Assembly (NCBI GenBank): GCA_963762145.1
Contig: CAVXJS010000015.1
Location: 64,001-128,000, forward strand
Length of the DNA stretch: 64,000 nucleotides
Source: an uncultured Candidatus Rokubacteria bacterium
GTDB lineage: Bacteria; Methylomirabilota; Methylomirabilia; Rokubacteriales; CSP1-6
Direction of reading: 5' to 3'
Under the pieces are notes generated by a model that did not search any database, had not been told where the DNA came from, and was given only the letters and a program-made list of their open reading frames with translations. Numbering within the stretch: position 1 is the first letter of the stretch; each line of letters starts with the position of its first letter. The translations under genes and the position numbers were made by a program. Of this stretch, positions 1-12,256 are shown piece after piece.

Positions 1-1189
1 CGACGCCACTTCCACCGCCGGGCCCGTCTCCCCGCTGGCCGCCTTGCTGTCGCGGCTGAGCCGAAGGCTGAAAACCCGAAGCGCCGCCACCACGCGAGAT
101 ATCCTGGCGGCCCTGCTCGGCCCGCCCGCGGAAGTTCTCGCGCGACTGAGTCGCCTGGGGATTGCCGCCCCGGTTATATTTCTGCTGGGTCGCCGAGTCG
201 CGATACTGGGCCCCGCGCCGATTCTCCGGGTTGTGCTGAAAGTTCTCTCGGTTGCCCTGCCGCTCGGTGCGCTTGTTCGCGATGTCGGTCTTGTTCACGT
301 TGTTCGAGAAGCTGTTGTACTGATTGTTGTTGATGTTCACGTCTCCGCTTCCCCAGTTGCAGTTACCCCACAGGGCGCCGCCCACCGCGACGCCGGCCGC
401 GAAGGAGAACAGGCCCACGCCGGCCACGTAGCCCGGCGGGTAGTACGCGTACGGCGGGTACGCCGGGTAGGGCCAGGCGCCGTAGACGACGGTCGGATTG
501 TACGTCGGGACGTAGACGACCTGAGGGTTCGTGGGCACGATCGTGATGACCGTCGGCGGCGCCTGCTCGACGATCACCTGCTGGGGCGCCGGCGCGGGCT
601 GACCCGCAACAGGCGGAGGCGGCGGCGCCGGGGCCGCCGCGGCGGCCGGCTCGACCGTGACGGTCTGCTCCGCGGTGGTCTTGAGATTCCCCGAGGCCTG
701 CGCCTTCGCCCGCAGGCGCTGGATCGCGTCCATCAGCTCCTTCTGCTGCGCCAGAAAGGCGTCCCCGAGCTTCTGGGTCCAGTCGAGCTTGCTGTCCATC
801 ATGCCGAGAACCTGCGGGAAGGTGGTGAGCGACTTCACGCTGTCGTCCCAGGTCTGTTCCTGGAGCGCCTGGGCGAGCGGATCGCCGGTCAGGCTCGGGT
901 TGTCCTTCATGAACCGCGCGGCCTGGACGATCTCGAGCGGGTAGGTCGAGGCCATCAGGACCTGCGCCACCAGCGGATCAGGGTACAGCGCGATCGGGGC
1001 GGCGATCTGGTCGAGCTCCTCGGCCTTGAACGGCGCGGGAGCCGGGGCAGCCAGGGGCGGTGCGGGCGGAGCCGTCTGGGCAGGTAGCAGGGGTGGCACC
1101 GCCAGGGTCAGTGCGACCACGCAGGCAAGGATCCGGTTGATCAAACGCGCGCTCACCGGACGAAGGCCATGGCATCGCTCGCAAACCAT
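1..1189 (-). CDS. DUF3300 domain-containing secreted protein (runs off left edge)
   Basis: Manual translation gives a signal-like N-terminus then FKAEELDQIAAPIALYPDPLVAQVLMASTYPLEIVQAARF, the typical DUF3300 start. Start is ATG 1189 or GTG 1156. Absent from the ORF track because it is truncated. Confidence 0.85.
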   Translation of the reverse strand, partial: MVCERCHGLRPVSARLINRILACVVALTLAVPPLLPAQTAPPAPPLAAPAPAPFKAEELDQIAAPIALYPDPLVAQVLMASTYPLEIVQAARFMKDNPSLTGDPLAQALQEQTWDDSVKSLTTFPQVLGMMDSKLDWTQKLGDAFLAQQKELMDAIQRLRAKAQASGNLKTTAEQTVTVEPAAAAAPAPPPPPVAGQPAPAPQQVIVEQAPPTVITIVPTNPQVVYVPTYNPTVVYGAWPYPAYPPYAYYPPGYVAGVGLFSFAAGVAVGGALWGNCNWGSGDVNINNNQYNSFSNNVNKTDIANKRTERQGNRENFQHNPENRRGAQYRDSATQQKYNRGGNPQATQSRENFRGRAEQGRQDISRGGGASGFQPSAQPRQQGGQRGDGPGGGSGV

Positions 1190-1304
1190 TGAACTGACAT
1201 GGGGACTCCTTTCCCGTCGACAGACCCGTCGCGCGATTCTGCTGCGGGTCCGGTGGAAAAGCCATAAGACTTTGGTCCTATGGAGCCCCCGGCTCAGCGC
1301 AGGC

Positions 1305-1850
1305 TCAGCTTACCGAGTAGCCACGCCCCGTCATGCACACGCCGAACGCGCGATTGTAGTTGGCCCGCCCCTGATCGAGGGTGTTCTGCTGCTGCGACGC
1401 GTAACTCGCCTGTTGCTGCCGATCCTGCTCGACCTGCTCCGCCCGCCGCATGAGCCCGAAGAGACCGCCGACCGCGGCCCCGATGGCGGCCCCCTTGCCG
1501 GCGTCCCCGCCGATGGCGCCGCCGACCGCGCCGAGGGCCGCGCCGCCGAAGGCCCCCCGGAGCAGCCCATCCTGGGGAGCCGCCTGCATGGGCGGCGGTG
1601 CCGTGGGCGGCGGGGGATTTGCGGAATCGAATCCGCTCTGCTGAACGGCCCAGCTATAGCACTGACCCCGATCGAACTCCTGCCGCTGCCCAGACTGACC
1701 TTTCTCGGGATAGACGAAGGTCTGTGCGGCGCCGAGGAGGCCGGCAGGGGCGGGGTGGCTGCCATCGGAGGGACACCCATCGCCGGGCTCACCCCCATTC
1801 TGGGCGCAGCCCGCCATCGTCAGCAGGACACACGCTCCCGCCAACCTGCA
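1305..1850 (-). CDS. Glycine-zipper (YMGG-like) lipoprotein
   Basis: VYPEKGQSGQRQEFDRGQCYSWA, GAFGGAALGAVGGAIGG zipper, C-terminal CMTGRGYSV and a lipobox-like LLTMAGC. Start uncertain. Confidence 0.75.
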   Translation of the reverse strand, partial: CRLAGACVLLTMAGCAQNGGEPGDGCPSDGSHPAPAGLLGAAQTFVYPEKGQSGQRQEFDRGQCYSWAVQQSGFDSANPPPPTAPPPMQAAPQDGLLRGAFGGAALGAVGGAIGGDAGKGAAIGAAVGGLFGLMRRAEQVEQDRQQQASYASQQQNTLDQGRANYNRAFGVCMTGRGYSVS

Positions 1851-2208
1851 TGGCGGCTCGCGAGGCTCGCATGAGGACACGGTCGGCTCGTAGCACCTCG
1901 GCGCGCATGACGTGAGTTCCTCTCTTCCCTGGTGGGCTGGACGCGCGAGAGTGTAAACGTCGGGTCGGGGCGATCCGCCATCGTCCCTTCGTCTCACGGC
2001 GCATGAGACCAAAGTCCTATACCGCTCCGCCATCCGCGCGTTGAATATTGCCCCAGCGGTGAGTCACGCTCGGGATGGCAACGCATATCTGCTATGATCC
2101 GCCGACGGCACGCATGACACCTTGGTGCTATAGGCATCCTGCCTGGAAGTTGCTTAGATTCTGAAAGCTGGTGACTGGGTACCGGTACCCCGGCAGAGGA
2201 GGCGCACG

Positions 2209-3600
2209 ATGATGTTCGACCTGCAATCGACGTTCTGGCGGCGACGGTCGCTCGGCTTGTGGCTCGGCGGCATGGGCTTGCTGGCCCTGACCGCGGGGTG
2301 CGACAAGGCCAAGAGCAAGGAAGTCGCGGCGGCCCCGCCCAGCGTGATCGTGGTCGAGGTCGTGCAGCGCACGGTGCCCATCGTGCGCGACTTCACGGCC
2401 CGGACCGAGGCCATCCCGACCGTCGAGGTGAGGGCCCGCGTCGCGGGCATGCTCGAGGAGGTGCTGTTCAAGGAAGGCAGCGAGGTCAAGCAGGGACAGC
2501 CCCTGTTCACCATCCAGCGCGAGGAGTACACGGCCTCGCTGGAAACAGCAAAGGCCCAGCTCGCCAAGGCGCAGGCCGACCTCACGCGGGCCCGGGACAC
2601 GTCCGTGGTGGATCGCGCGCGCGCTCAGCTCGACGAGCGTAAGGCCGATCTCGGCAAGGCGCAGAAGGACGTCGCCCGGTATAAGCCGCTGGCCGAGGCT
2701 CGGGCCATCCCGCAGCAGGACCTCGACACATCTCAGGCCCAGGAGAAGGTGGCCCTGGCCGCGGTCGAGGTCGGGGAAGCCGCCCTCAGGGACGCGGTGC
2801 TCGTCCAGCGTACCCAGGTCCAGCTTTCCGAAGCGGCGATTCTGTCGGCACGGGCGTCCGTGACCCAGGCGGATCTGAACCTCGGTTACACGACGGTGCG
2901 GGCTCCCATCAGCGGGATGATCGGGAAGATCAAGGTGGACCGGGGCAACCTGGTCGGCAAGAGCGAGCCCACGCTCCTGGCCACGGTCTCCGCCCTGGAC
3001 CCGATCTACGTCGAGTTCGCGGTCGCCGAGGCGGACTACCTCCGGCTCGCCCCGCGCGTTCGCGTCGACCCCCAGGGGCGGGTGCAGAGCCGGGACGCCG
3101 CCCAGCTCGAGCTGTTCCTGGCCGACGACAGCCGCTTCCCGCAGAAGGGGCGCCTGGTCTTCGTGGACCGGGCGCTCGACCAGAAGAGCGGCACCATCGG
3201 CGTGCAGGCCGAGTTCCCCAACCCGAGCAGGCTGCTCCGGCCGGGACAGTTCGCCCGCATACGCGGAGTGGTCGACGAGCGGACGGATGCGGTGCTCGTC
3301 CCGCAGCTCGCCGTGCAGGAGCAGCAGGGGTCCAAGACGGTGCTGGTCGTGGAAGACGGCGACAAGGTGGCGCTTCGGCCCGTGACCCTCGATGAGCGCA
3401 TCGGGGAGCTCTACATCGTGACGTCCGGGCTCAAGGCCGGCGAGCGGGTCATCGTGGATGGAGTCCAGAAGGTGCGGCCCGGCATGCAGGTCAAGGCCGA
3501 GCTCAAGGCGGCCGCCGGCTCCGCGCCTGCGCCCGCGCCGACACCGGCACCGGCGCCGACCCCCGCGCCGCCGGCCGCCAAGCCGAAGAGCGGAGGGTAG
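2209..3600 (+). CDS. RND efflux periplasmic adaptor (MFP, AcrA-like)
   Basis: Lipobox LTAGC, VEVRARVAG, TVRAPISG and LLRPGQF motifs; lies upstream of the RND permease. Confidence 0.93.
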   Translation: MMFDLQSTFWRRRSLGLWLGGMGLLALTAGCDKAKSKEVAAAPPSVIVVEVVQRTVPIVRDFTARTEAIPTVEVRARVAGMLEEVLFKEGSEVKQGQPLFTIQREEYTASLETAKAQLAKAQADLTRARDTSVVDRARAQLDERKADLGKAQKDVARYKPLAEARAIPQQDLDTSQAQEKVALAAVEVGEAALRDAVLVQRTQVQLSEAAILSARASVTQADLNLGYTTVRAPISGMIGKIKVDRGNLVGKSEPTLLATVSALDPIYVEFAVAEADYLRLAPRVRVDPQGRVQSRDAAQLELFLADDSRFPQKGRLVFVDRALDQKSGTIGVQAEFPNPSRLLRPGQFARIRGVVDERTDAVLVPQLAVQEQQGSKTVLVVEDGDKVALRPVTLDERIGELYIVTSGLKAGERVIVDGVQKVRPGMQVKAELKAAAGSAPAPAPTPAPAPTPAPPAAKPKSGG

Positions 3601-3603
3601 CCC

Positions 3604-6600
3604 TTGGCCCAGTTCTTCATCAATCGCCCGATCGTCGCGATCGTCATCGCGATCATGACCGTCCTGCTCGGGGGCTTCGCGCTCACCGGGCTCAGCATCG
3701 AGCAGTATCCCTTCCTCGCCCCGCCCACGATCCGCGTCACGGCCACGTATCCGGGCGCCTCGGCGGTCGCGGTGGAGCAGTCGGTGGCCACGCCGGTCGA
3801 GCAGGAAGTCAACGGCGTGGAGTCGATGATCTACATGCAATCGTCCAACACGAGCGACGGCCGCATGCTGCTGGACGTCAGCTTCACGGTGGGCGTCGAT
3901 CAGGACAAGGCCAACGTGCTCACCCAGAACCGCGTCACGTCGGCCCAGGCGCGCCTGCCGCAGGAAGTGAACGCCCAGGGCGTGACCGTGAAGAAGCAGA
4001 GCCCGAGCATCCTGATGCTCATCTCGGTCTACTCGCCCAAAGGGGCCTACGACGCGAACTACCTGATCAACTACTGCGGGATCAACCTGCGGGACCAGCT
4101 CCTGCGCATCCCCGGCATCGCCCAGGTGGACCTGTTCGGCGGCACCGACTACGGCATGCGCATCTGGCTCAAGCCCGACAGGCTGGCCAAGCTGGGGTTG
4201 ACGCCGGCAGACGTCATCTCCTCGATCAAGGAGCAGAACCTCCAGGCTCCGGCGGGCCGGATCGGCGCAGCGCCCTCGCCCAAGGACCAGCAGTTCACCT
4301 ACACCGTGTCCGCTCCCGGCCGGCTCACCCTGCCCTCGGAGTTCGAGAACATCATCATTCGGGGCACGGAGGCCGCCGCCCAGGTCCGCGTCCGGGACGT
4401 GGGCCGTGCCGAGCTCGGCTCCCAGGACTACAACTCGTTCGGACGCCTCGACGGCAAGCCCGCCGGGGCGATGGCGATCTACCTGCTGCCGGGGGCCAAC
4501 CAGCTCCAGGCATCTCAGGCGATCTACGACACGATGGAGCGGGCGAAGGGTCTCTTCCCGCCGGACATGGACTACAAGATCGTCTACGACACGACTCCCG
4601 CCGTCAAGGCGTCGATCGAGGGGATCATCCACACGTTCGTCGAGGCGATCATCCTCGTGACCCTCGTCGTGTTCATCTTCCTGCAGAGCGTGCGGGCGAC
4701 GATCATCCCTCTCCTCACCGTGCCCGTCTCGCTCATCGGCACCTTCCTGTTCTTCCCCCTGCTGGGCTTCTCGGTGAACACGCTGTCGATGTTCGGCCTC
4801 GTGCTCGCCATCGGCATCGTCGTCGACGACGCCATCGTCGTGGTCGAGGCGGTGATGCACCATATCGAGCACGGCCTGGCCCCGCGGGAGGCAACCGTCC
4901 AGGCCATGAAGGAGGTGTCGGCTCCGGTCATCGGCATCGCCCTCATCCTCTCGGCCGTGTTCGTCCCGGTCGCGTTCCTGGGCGGCCTCACCGGCCAGAT
5001 GTACCAGCAGTTCGCCCTGACCATCGCCATCTCGGTGCTGCTGTCGGCCTTCAGCGCGCTCTCGCTCGCGCCGGCGCTCTCGGTGATGCTGCTCAAGCCT
5101 GCCCACGGGCCGATGAGGGGCCCGCTCGGGAAGTTCTTCGGATTGTTCAATCGCGGGTTCGATCGGGCGACCAACGGCTACATCCACGTCACGCGGCTGC
5201 TCGTTCGACGCGCGGTACTGACGATCGTGCTCGTCGCGGTGGTGGCGGTGGGCGCGGGCCTCTTCGGCCGCGCGCTGCCGGCGGGGTTCATCCCGGACGA
5301 GGACCAGGGCATCATGGGGGTCAACATCCAGCTCCCGCCCGGGGCGTCCCTCGAGCGGACGGGCGCGGTGCTGACCCAGGTCGAGCAGATCGTGGCGAAG
5401 ACCCCGGGGGTCGACTCGTTCTCGACGATCGGTGGCTTCGGGCTCGTCACCAACACCTTCCAGCCTAACTTCGGGACCCTCTTCGTCCGCCTCAAGCCCT
5501 GGGGCGAGCGTCACGGCCCCGACCTCCACGTCAAGGGGGTCATGGCCAGCCTGCAGCGAGACTTCTCGAAGATTCCCGAGGCGATCATCTTCCCCTTCAA
5601 CATTCCGACGATCTCGGGGTTCGGCGCCTCGGCGGGCTTCAAGATGCTGCTCCAGGACCGGAGCGGCACGCTCTCGGTGCAACAGCTCGGGGCCGAGATC
5701 GGCAAGTTCCTGGCCGCCGCCCGCCAGCGGCCCGAGCTCGGCAACCTCTTCACCTCGTTCGACCCGAACTACCCTCAGGTCAAGGTCGAGCTCGACCGGG
5801 AGAAGGCGCGCTCGCTCGGTGTCCCCGTCAACGAGGTGTTCCAGGCGATGTCGGCGGCCATGGGCGGGACCTACGTGAACGACTTCAACCGGTTCGGGCG
5901 GCTCTTCCGGGTGTACGTGCAGGCGGAGGCCGACTACCGTCGCAAGCCTCGCGACATCGGCGACATCTACGTCCGCAGCGCGAGCGGAACCATGATCCCC
6001 CTCTCGACGCTCGTGACCATCTCGTCGGAGGCGGGCAGCGAGATCACCACGCGCTTCAACCTGTTCCGCTCCGTCGAGATCAGCGGGGCCCCGGCGCGCG
6101 GCTACACGTCCGGACAGGCGCTGGCCGCTCTCGAGGAGGTCTTCGCGCAGACCATGCCGAAGGAGATGGGCTTCGCCTACTCCGGCCTGTCCTATCAGGA
6201 GAAGGTGGCGCCGCCCGCGGGGCCGATCTTCGTCCTCGCCATCGTGTTCGTGTTCCTCCTGCTCGCCGCCATGTACGAGAGCTGGCGCCTGCCCTGGGCG
6301 GTGCTGCTCGGCTCTCCGCTGGTCGCCCTCGGCGCCTTCTTCGGGGTCTGGCTGATGGGCTACGACAACAACGTGTACGTCCAGGTCGGCCTCATCATGC
6401 TCATCGGCCTCGCGGCCAAGAACGCGATCCTCATCGTCGAGTTCGCGAAGGCCAAGCACGACGCGGGCGCCTCGGCCCAGGAGGCGGCGATCGAGTCCGC
6501 GCGGCTGCGCTTCCGGCCCATCCTGATGACGGCCTTCGCCTTCATCCTGGGCGTGGTGCCGCTTGATGCTCGCGAGCGGCGCGGGCTCCGGGCGCCCAGA

Positions 6601-6776
6601 ACGTCATGGGCACCGCGGTGTTCTGGGGCATGCTGGTGGCGACCGCGCTCGGGGTGTTCCTCATCCCCGGCAACTTCGCCTTCGTCGAGGGGCTGGGGCG
6701 GTCCAAGACAAAGCGCCCCGCGCCGGCGCCCGCGCCGCACACCGGCGTGGCGCTGGGCGAGCAGGGGCATCCGTGA
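3604..6776 (+). CDS. RND efflux permease (HAE1, AcrB-like); frameshift near 6565
   Basis: MAQFFINRPI, GIVVDDAIVVVE, AKNAILIVEFAK and RFRPILMT motifs. The C-terminal TM continues in another frame to TGA 6776. Confidence 0.93.
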
Positions 6777-8161
6777 GACGCGCGGCGCTGATACCGGCGG
6801 CGGCCCTCCTCCTGGCCGCGCTGTACCGTGGGGCCCGACTATCGCCGGCCCACGGTGGACACGCCCCCTGACTTCCGCGGCGCCATCGTGCCCGCGAGCG
6901 GGCAGTCACTCGCCGATCTCACCTGGTGGGAGATCTTCCCGGACGAGGCCCTGCAGTCGCTCATCCGCACCGCGCTCGCCCAGAACTACGACGTGCGCAT
7001 CGCGGCCGCCCGCATCCTCGACGCGCGCGCCCAGGTCACGATCGCCCGCTCGTTCCAGTTCCCGGAAGCGGCGGGCTCCGCCAGCGCCCAGTACCAGCGG
7101 GTCGAGGGAACGCTCGCTCCCTTCCAGATAAAGGAGACCTTGGCCCCGGTCGGGGGGCTCGACTTGTTCTTCGAGCTCGACCTCTGGGGCCGGTACCGCC
7201 GCGGGTCGGAGGCGGCGCGGGCCGAGCTGCTCGCCAGCGAAGAGTCCCGGCGGTTCGTGATCAACACGTTGGTCTCCGACGTGGGCTCGGCCTACTTCCA
7301 GCTCCGGTCGCTGGACGAGGAGCTCGAGATCTCCCGCCGGACGCTCGACTCGCGAACGGCGTCGCTGGACCTGGTCAAGCTGCGCGAGGCCGGCGGCGTG
7401 GCGGGCATGCTGGACGTGCGGCAGTCGGAGATCCTGGTGGCCACCGCGGCCGAGGCGATCCCGGACATCGAGCGCCAGATCGAGCAGACGGAGAACGTGA
7501 TCAGCGTGCTCCTGGGGCGGCCCCCGGGGCCCATACCGCGCGGCCGCCCCCTCGGCGAGCAGATCACCGTGCCCGCAGTCCCCGCCGGTCTGCCCTCGAC
7601 CCTGCTCGAGCGGCGACCCGACGTTCGCCAGGTCGAGGAGCAGCTCGCCGCGGCCACGGCGCGCATCGGGGTCGCCAAGTCCGACTACTTCCCGCGCGTG
7701 TTCCTGACGCGGCGCCGTGGGGGCCGGCGGCATCATGGTGGATGGCCGGATGTTCGGCCCGCAAGGCATCTTCTCGGCCCTCCCGTCGTTCACGGTCCCG
7801 ATCTTCAACTCGGGCCGCGTCTCGGCCGGGGTCAAGTCCGCCGAGGCGCAGGCCCAGGCGGCCGATGTTCCAGTACCAGCAGGTGGTGCTCGGGGCCTTC
7901 CGCGACGTGTCCGACTCGCTCGTGGAATTCCGCAAGCGCCGCGAGTCCCGGGTCCAGCAGGAGCTACTGGCCATCGCCGCCGGCGACGCGACGCGGCTGT
8001 CGAACATGCGCTACACGGGCGGGGTGTCGCCGTACCTGGAGGTCCTCGACTCCGAGCGCCAGCTCTTCGACGCCGAGCTGAGGCTGGTCCGGAATCAGCG
8101 CGACGAGCTGCTCGCCGTCGTCCGGCTCTACAAGGCGCTGGGCGGCGGATGGAAGGAATGA
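6773..8161 (+). CDS. Outer-membrane efflux lipoprotein (NodT/OprM family); several frameshifts
   Basis: GPDYRRP, WWEIF, ELDLWGRYRR, LLERRPDV and LYKALGGGW, spread over three frames. Confidence 0.9.
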
Positions 8162-8203
8162 GCAGCGCGGATCCGCCCCGCCTCTGATCCTCGAAGTCCG
8201 CGG

Positions 8204-9604
8204 ATGAGCGAGCGCTACGATCTGGTCGTGATCGGCTCCGGTCCCGCCGGCCAGCGGGGCGCCATCGCCGCCGCCAAGCTCGGCAAGCGCGTCGCGATCA
8301 TCGACCGGCAGGCCGCGCTCGGTGGCGTGTGCCTGCACACCGGGACCATCCCCAGCAAGACCCTGCGCGAGGCGATCCTCTATCTCAGCGGACGGCGCGT
8401 GCGGAGCTTCTACGGGCCTGACTACGCGCTCAAGCACCAGATCCGCATCGAGGACCTTCGCCTGAGGGTAGACCAGGTGGTCGCTAGACAGCAGGAGGTG
8501 GTGCGCGACCAGATCCGGCGGAACAGCATCGACTTCGTCGACGGCCTGGCGCGCTTCGTCGATCCGCACACCCTCGAGGTGGAACGGGAAGACGGGCCGC
8601 CACCCGGACGGCTCGAGGCGGACCACGTCCTCATCGCCTGCGGCACGCGACCCGCGCGGCGGGAGGACGTCCCGTTCGACCACCTCGGCATCCGCGACGC
8701 CGACCAGATCTGGGAGACCACCGAAGGCGTCCTCCCCGGCTCGGTCGTCGTCATCGGCGGCGGCGTGATCGGGCTCGAGTACGCCTCGATGCTGGCCGCG
8801 ATGGGAATCGCGGTGACGCTGGTGGACGCGCGCGCCGAGCTCCTGGAATTCGTGGACCGCGAGATCCTCGGCCACCTGCTCGATCACCTGCGGCAGGCCG
8901 GCATGGTGTTCAAGCTGGGCCAGGAGGTCACCGCCGTCCGGGGGAGCCGGGCCGAGGGCGTGAAGGTGGACCTCGCGTCGGGCGAGACGCTGGAAGCCGA
9001 GGCCATGCTCTACGCGGCCGGCCGCCAGCCCAACACCGATCGGTTGAACCTGGCCGCGAGCGGGCTGACGGCGGGCCGGCGCGGCCGGCTCGAGGTCAAC
9101 GGCCAGCTCCAGACGCGCATCCCGCACATCTACGCGGCCGGCGATGTGGTGGGCTTCCCGGCCCTCGCCTCCGTCTCGATGGAGCAGGGACGAGTGGCCG
9201 CCTGCCACATGTTCGGCCAGCCCGCGTCGCTGCCGACCGGACTCCAGCCGTACGGCATCTACACGATCCCCGAGATCTCCACGGTCGGCCAGACCGAGCA
9301 CGAGCTGGCCGCGGCGGGCCGGGCGTACATGGTCGGGCGATCGCGCTTCGACGAGCTCGCCCGGGCCCAGATCATCGGGGACCGGACGGGCCTGCTCAAG
9401 ATCGTCTTCGACCCGGGCAGCCTGCGCCTGCTCGGCGTGCATCTCATCGGCGAGAGCGCGTGCGAGCTGGTCTCCATCGGCCAGGTGATCATGAGCACCG
9501 GCGGCACCCTCGAGACGATCCGGGACACAGTCTTCAACTATCCGACCCTGGCCGAAGCCTACAAGGTCGCGGCGCTGGACGGCCTGAACCGGGCCTCCGC
9601 ATAG
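8204..9604 (+). CDS. sthA: Soluble Si-specific NAD(P)+ transhydrogenase
   Basis: [33 protein letters not shown] and [20 protein letters not shown]. Confidence 0.92.
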   Translation: MSERYDLVVIGSGPAGQRGAIAAAKLGKRVAIIDRQAALGGVCLHTGTIPSKTLREAILYLSGRRVRSFYGPDYALKHQIRIEDLRLRVDQVVARQQEVVRDQIRRNSIDFVDGLARFVDPHTLEVEREDGPPPGRLEADHVLIACGTRPARREDVPFDHLGIRDADQIWETTEGVLPGSVVVIGGGVIGLEYASMLAAMGIAVTLVDARAELLEFVDREILGHLLDHLRQAGMVFKLGQEVTAVRGSRAEGVKVDLASGETLEAEAMLYAAGRQPNTDRLNLAASGLTAGRRGRLEVNGQLQTRIPHIYAAGDVVGFPALASVSMEQGRVAACHMFGQPASLPTGLQPYGIYTIPEISTVGQTEHELAAAGRAYMVGRSRFDELARAQIIGDRTGLLKIVFDPGSLRLLGVHLIGESACELVSIGQVIMSTGGTLETIRDTVFNYPTLAEAYKVAALDGLNRASA

Positions 9605-9606
9605 AG

Positions 9607-12255
9607 ATGCTCGCCGAGCAGCGGCGGTTGCTCGAAGCGGAGGCCCGCACCGCGCACTGGCGGCGCTGGGGCCCCTACCTCTCCGAGCGTCAGTGGGGCA
9701 CGGTCCGCGAGGACTACAGCGCGGACGGCAACGCCTGGGAGTACTTCCCGCACGATCACGCGCGCTCGCGCGCCTATCGCTGGGGGGAGGACGGGCTGGG
9801 GGGCATCTCGGACAACCACCAGCGGCTCTGCTTCGCGCTGGCATTGTGGAATGGGCGCGACCCCATCCTCAAGGAGCGTGCCTTCGGGCTGAGCGGGCCG
9901 GAGGGCAACCACGGCGAGGACGTGAAGGAGTACTACTTTTACCTCGATTCCACGCCCACGCACTCGTACATGAAGTTCCTCTACAAGTACCCTCACGCGG
10001 CCTTCCCGTACGCCCGCCTCGTCCAGGAGAATGCCCGGCGCGGTCGGAACGAGCCCGAGTTCGAGCTGGTCGACACCGGGGTCTTCGCCGAGAGCCGTTA
10101 CTTCGACGTCACCGTCGAGTACGCGAAGGCCGGGGCCGACGATATCCTGGTGCGCATCACCGCGGTCAACCGGGGCCCCGAGGACGCGGAGGTTCACCTC
10201 CTGCCGACCCTCTGGTTCCGCAACACCTGGGACTGGGACGTGGGCGCGCCCAAGCCCCGCCTGAGCGCGCCGGAGGGCGTCTCGGGCGCGGCCGCGATCG
10301 CGGCGGAGCACCCGACGCTCGGGCACTACCGGCTTCTCGCCGAGGGGACGCCCGAGCTCCTGTTCGTGGAGAATGAAACCAACGTCGCGCGTCTCTTCCG
10401 CGCCGCCGAGCCTACCCGCTTCCCGAAGGACGGGATCAACGACCACGTCGTCGAGGGGCGGGCCGGGGCCGTGAACCCGGCGCGCGAGGGCACCAAGGCC
10501 GCCGCGCACTACCACCTGACGCTCAAGCCCGGCCAGAACGCGACCCTCCGGCTCCGGCTGAGCGCCGCCGCCCCGACCTCCCCCAGCGGGCCGTTCGGGC
10601 GCGGATTCGACCGGACGATGGCGGCGCGCCTCGAGGAGGCGGACGAGTTCTACGGCCTCGTCATCCCGGCCACCCTGTCGGCCGACGGGCGCTCCGTCAT
10701 GCGGCAGGCGCTCGGGGGCATGCTCTGGAGCAAGCAGTTCTACCACTACGACGTCAAGCGGTGGCTGGCGGGCGATCCGACCCAGCCGCCCCCTCCCCCG
10801 GAGCGCCGGTCCGGACGGAACAGCGACTGGACCCACCTCTACAACGAGGACATCATCTCGATGCCGGACAAATGGGAGTTCCCGTGGTACGCCACGTGGG
10901 ACCTCGCGTTCCATACCATCCCGCTCGCTCTCGTGGACCCCGAGTTCGCCAAGTCGCAGCTCATCCTGTTCCTGCGCGAGTGGTACATGCACCCGAACGG
11001 CCAGAGCCCCGCCTACGAGTGGGCGCTGGGTGACGTCAACCCCCCGGTCCAGGCGTGGGCGGCCTGGCGAGTGTACAAGATCGACCGTCGGATCCGCGGC
11101 GTGGCGGACCGGGACTTCCTCCAGAAGGTCTTCCACAAGCATCTCCTGAACTTCACCTGGTGGGTCAACCGCAAGGACCCGACGGGGCGCAATGTCTTCC
11201 AGGGCGGATTCCTGGGCCTGGACAACATCGGCGTCTTCGACCGCTCGGCGCCGCTGCCGACCGGGGGCTTCCTCGAGCAGTCCGACGGCACCAGCTGGAT
11301 GGCCATGTATTGCCTGAACATGCTCGCGATGGCCCTCGAGCTCGCGCGCGAGGATCCGGCCTACGAAGACGTCGCGAGCAAGTTCCTCGAGCACTTCGTG
11401 TACATCGCGTACGCCACGTGTCACGTGGGCGGACAGGACGTGAACCTCTGGGACGAGGAGGACGGCTTCTTCTACGACGTCCTGGCGCTCCCGGACGGGC
11501 AGCGGCACCGCCTGAAGGTGCGCTCGCTGGTGGGCCTGATCCCCCTCTTCGCGGTCGCGACGTGGGACAGCGAGCACACCGACCGCCTCCCGGGCTTCAT
11601 GCGGCGGGCCCGATGGTTCAGCGCCAACAATCCCGAGTTCCGCGAGCACGTCGCGGCGATCGACAAGCCGGGCGGCGGAAAGCGCTTCCTCACCTCGATC
11701 GTCACGACGGCCCAGCTCCCCCGACTCCTCCGCTTCATGCTGGACGAAACCGAGTTCCTCTCGCCGTACGGCGTCCGGGCCCTGTCGCGCCACCACAAGG
11801 ATCACCCGTACGTCCTGCACGTCGACGGCCGGGATCACCGGGTGAGCTACGATCCGGCGGAGTCCTCCACCAGCCTCTTCGGAGGCAACTCGAACTGGCG
11901 CGGGCCGGTGTGGTTTCCCGTCAATTTCCTCCTCATCGACTCGCTCCAGAAGTTCCACCACTTCTTCGGCGACGACTTCAAGATCGCGTGCCCGACGGGC
12001 TCCGACCAGATGATGAGCCTCTCGCAGGTCGCCGCGGAGCTGTCGCGGCGGCTCTCGCGCATCTTCCTCCCCGGGGAGGACGGGAGCTGCCCCGTCCACG
12101 GCGGCACCGAGCCCTTGTGGCGCGACCCGCACTGGCGCGGCCTGATCCCCTTCCACGAGTACTTCCACGGCGACACCGGCGCCGGGCTCGGCGCCAGCCA
12201 CCAGACCGGCTGGACGGGCCTCGTCGCCAAGCTCCTCCAGCAGAGCGGCGAGTGA
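9607..12255 (+). CDS. MGH1/GH63-like glycoside hydrolase (glucosidase)
   Basis: [40 protein letters not shown] and [15 protein letters not shown]. Confidence 0.88.
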   Translation: MLAEQRRLLEAEARTAHWRRWGPYLSERQWGTVREDYSADGNAWEYFPHDHARSRAYRWGEDGLGGISDNHQRLCFALALWNGRDPILKERAFGLSGPEGNHGEDVKEYYFYLDSTPTHSYMKFLYKYPHAAFPYARLVQENARRGRNEPEFELVDTGVFAESRYFDVTVEYAKAGADDILVRITAVNRGPEDAEVHLLPTLWFRNTWDWDVGAPKPRLSAPEGVSGAAAIAAEHPTLGHYRLLAEGTPELLFVENETNVARLFRAAEPTRFPKDGINDHVVEGRAGAVNPAREGTKAAAHYHLTLKPGQNATLRLRLSAAAPTSPSGPFGRGFDRTMAARLEEADEFYGLVIPATLSADGRSVMRQALGGMLWSKQFYHYDVKRWLAGDPTQPPPPPERRSGRNSDWTHLYNEDIISMPDKWEFPWYATWDLAFHTIPLALVDPEFAKSQLILFLREWYMHPNGQSPAYEWALGDVNPPVQAWAAWRVYKIDRRIRGVADRDFLQKVFHKHLLNFTWWVNRKDPTGRNVFQGGFLGLDNIGVFDRSAPLPTGGFLEQSDGTSWMAMYCLNMLAMALELAREDPAYEDVASKFLEHFVYIAYATCHVGGQDVNLWDEEDGFFYDVLALPDGQRHRLKVRSLVGLIPLFAVATWDSEHTDRLPGFMRRARWFSANNPEFREHVAAIDKPGGGKRFLTSIVTTAQLPRLLRFMLDETEFLSPYGVRALSRHHKDHPYVLHVDGRDHRVSYDPAESSTSLFGGNSNWRGPVWFPVNFLLIDSLQKFHHFFGDDFKIACPTGSDQMMSLSQVAAELSRRLSRIFLPGEDGSCPVHGGTEPLWRDPHWRGLIPFHEYFHGDTGAGLGASHQTGWTGLVAKLLQQSGE

Positions 12256-12256
12256 C

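Noticed and set aside
3510-3580. Pro/Ala repeat (APAPAPTP) at the end of the MFP gene
   Set aside because: An ordinary low-complexity protein tail.
2128-6459. Very long antisense ORFs (1443 aa here; also 9559-12375, 38509-41484, 49753-51957)
   Set aside because: Shadow ORFs opposite real genes, expected from high-GC codon bias; no recognisable motifs.
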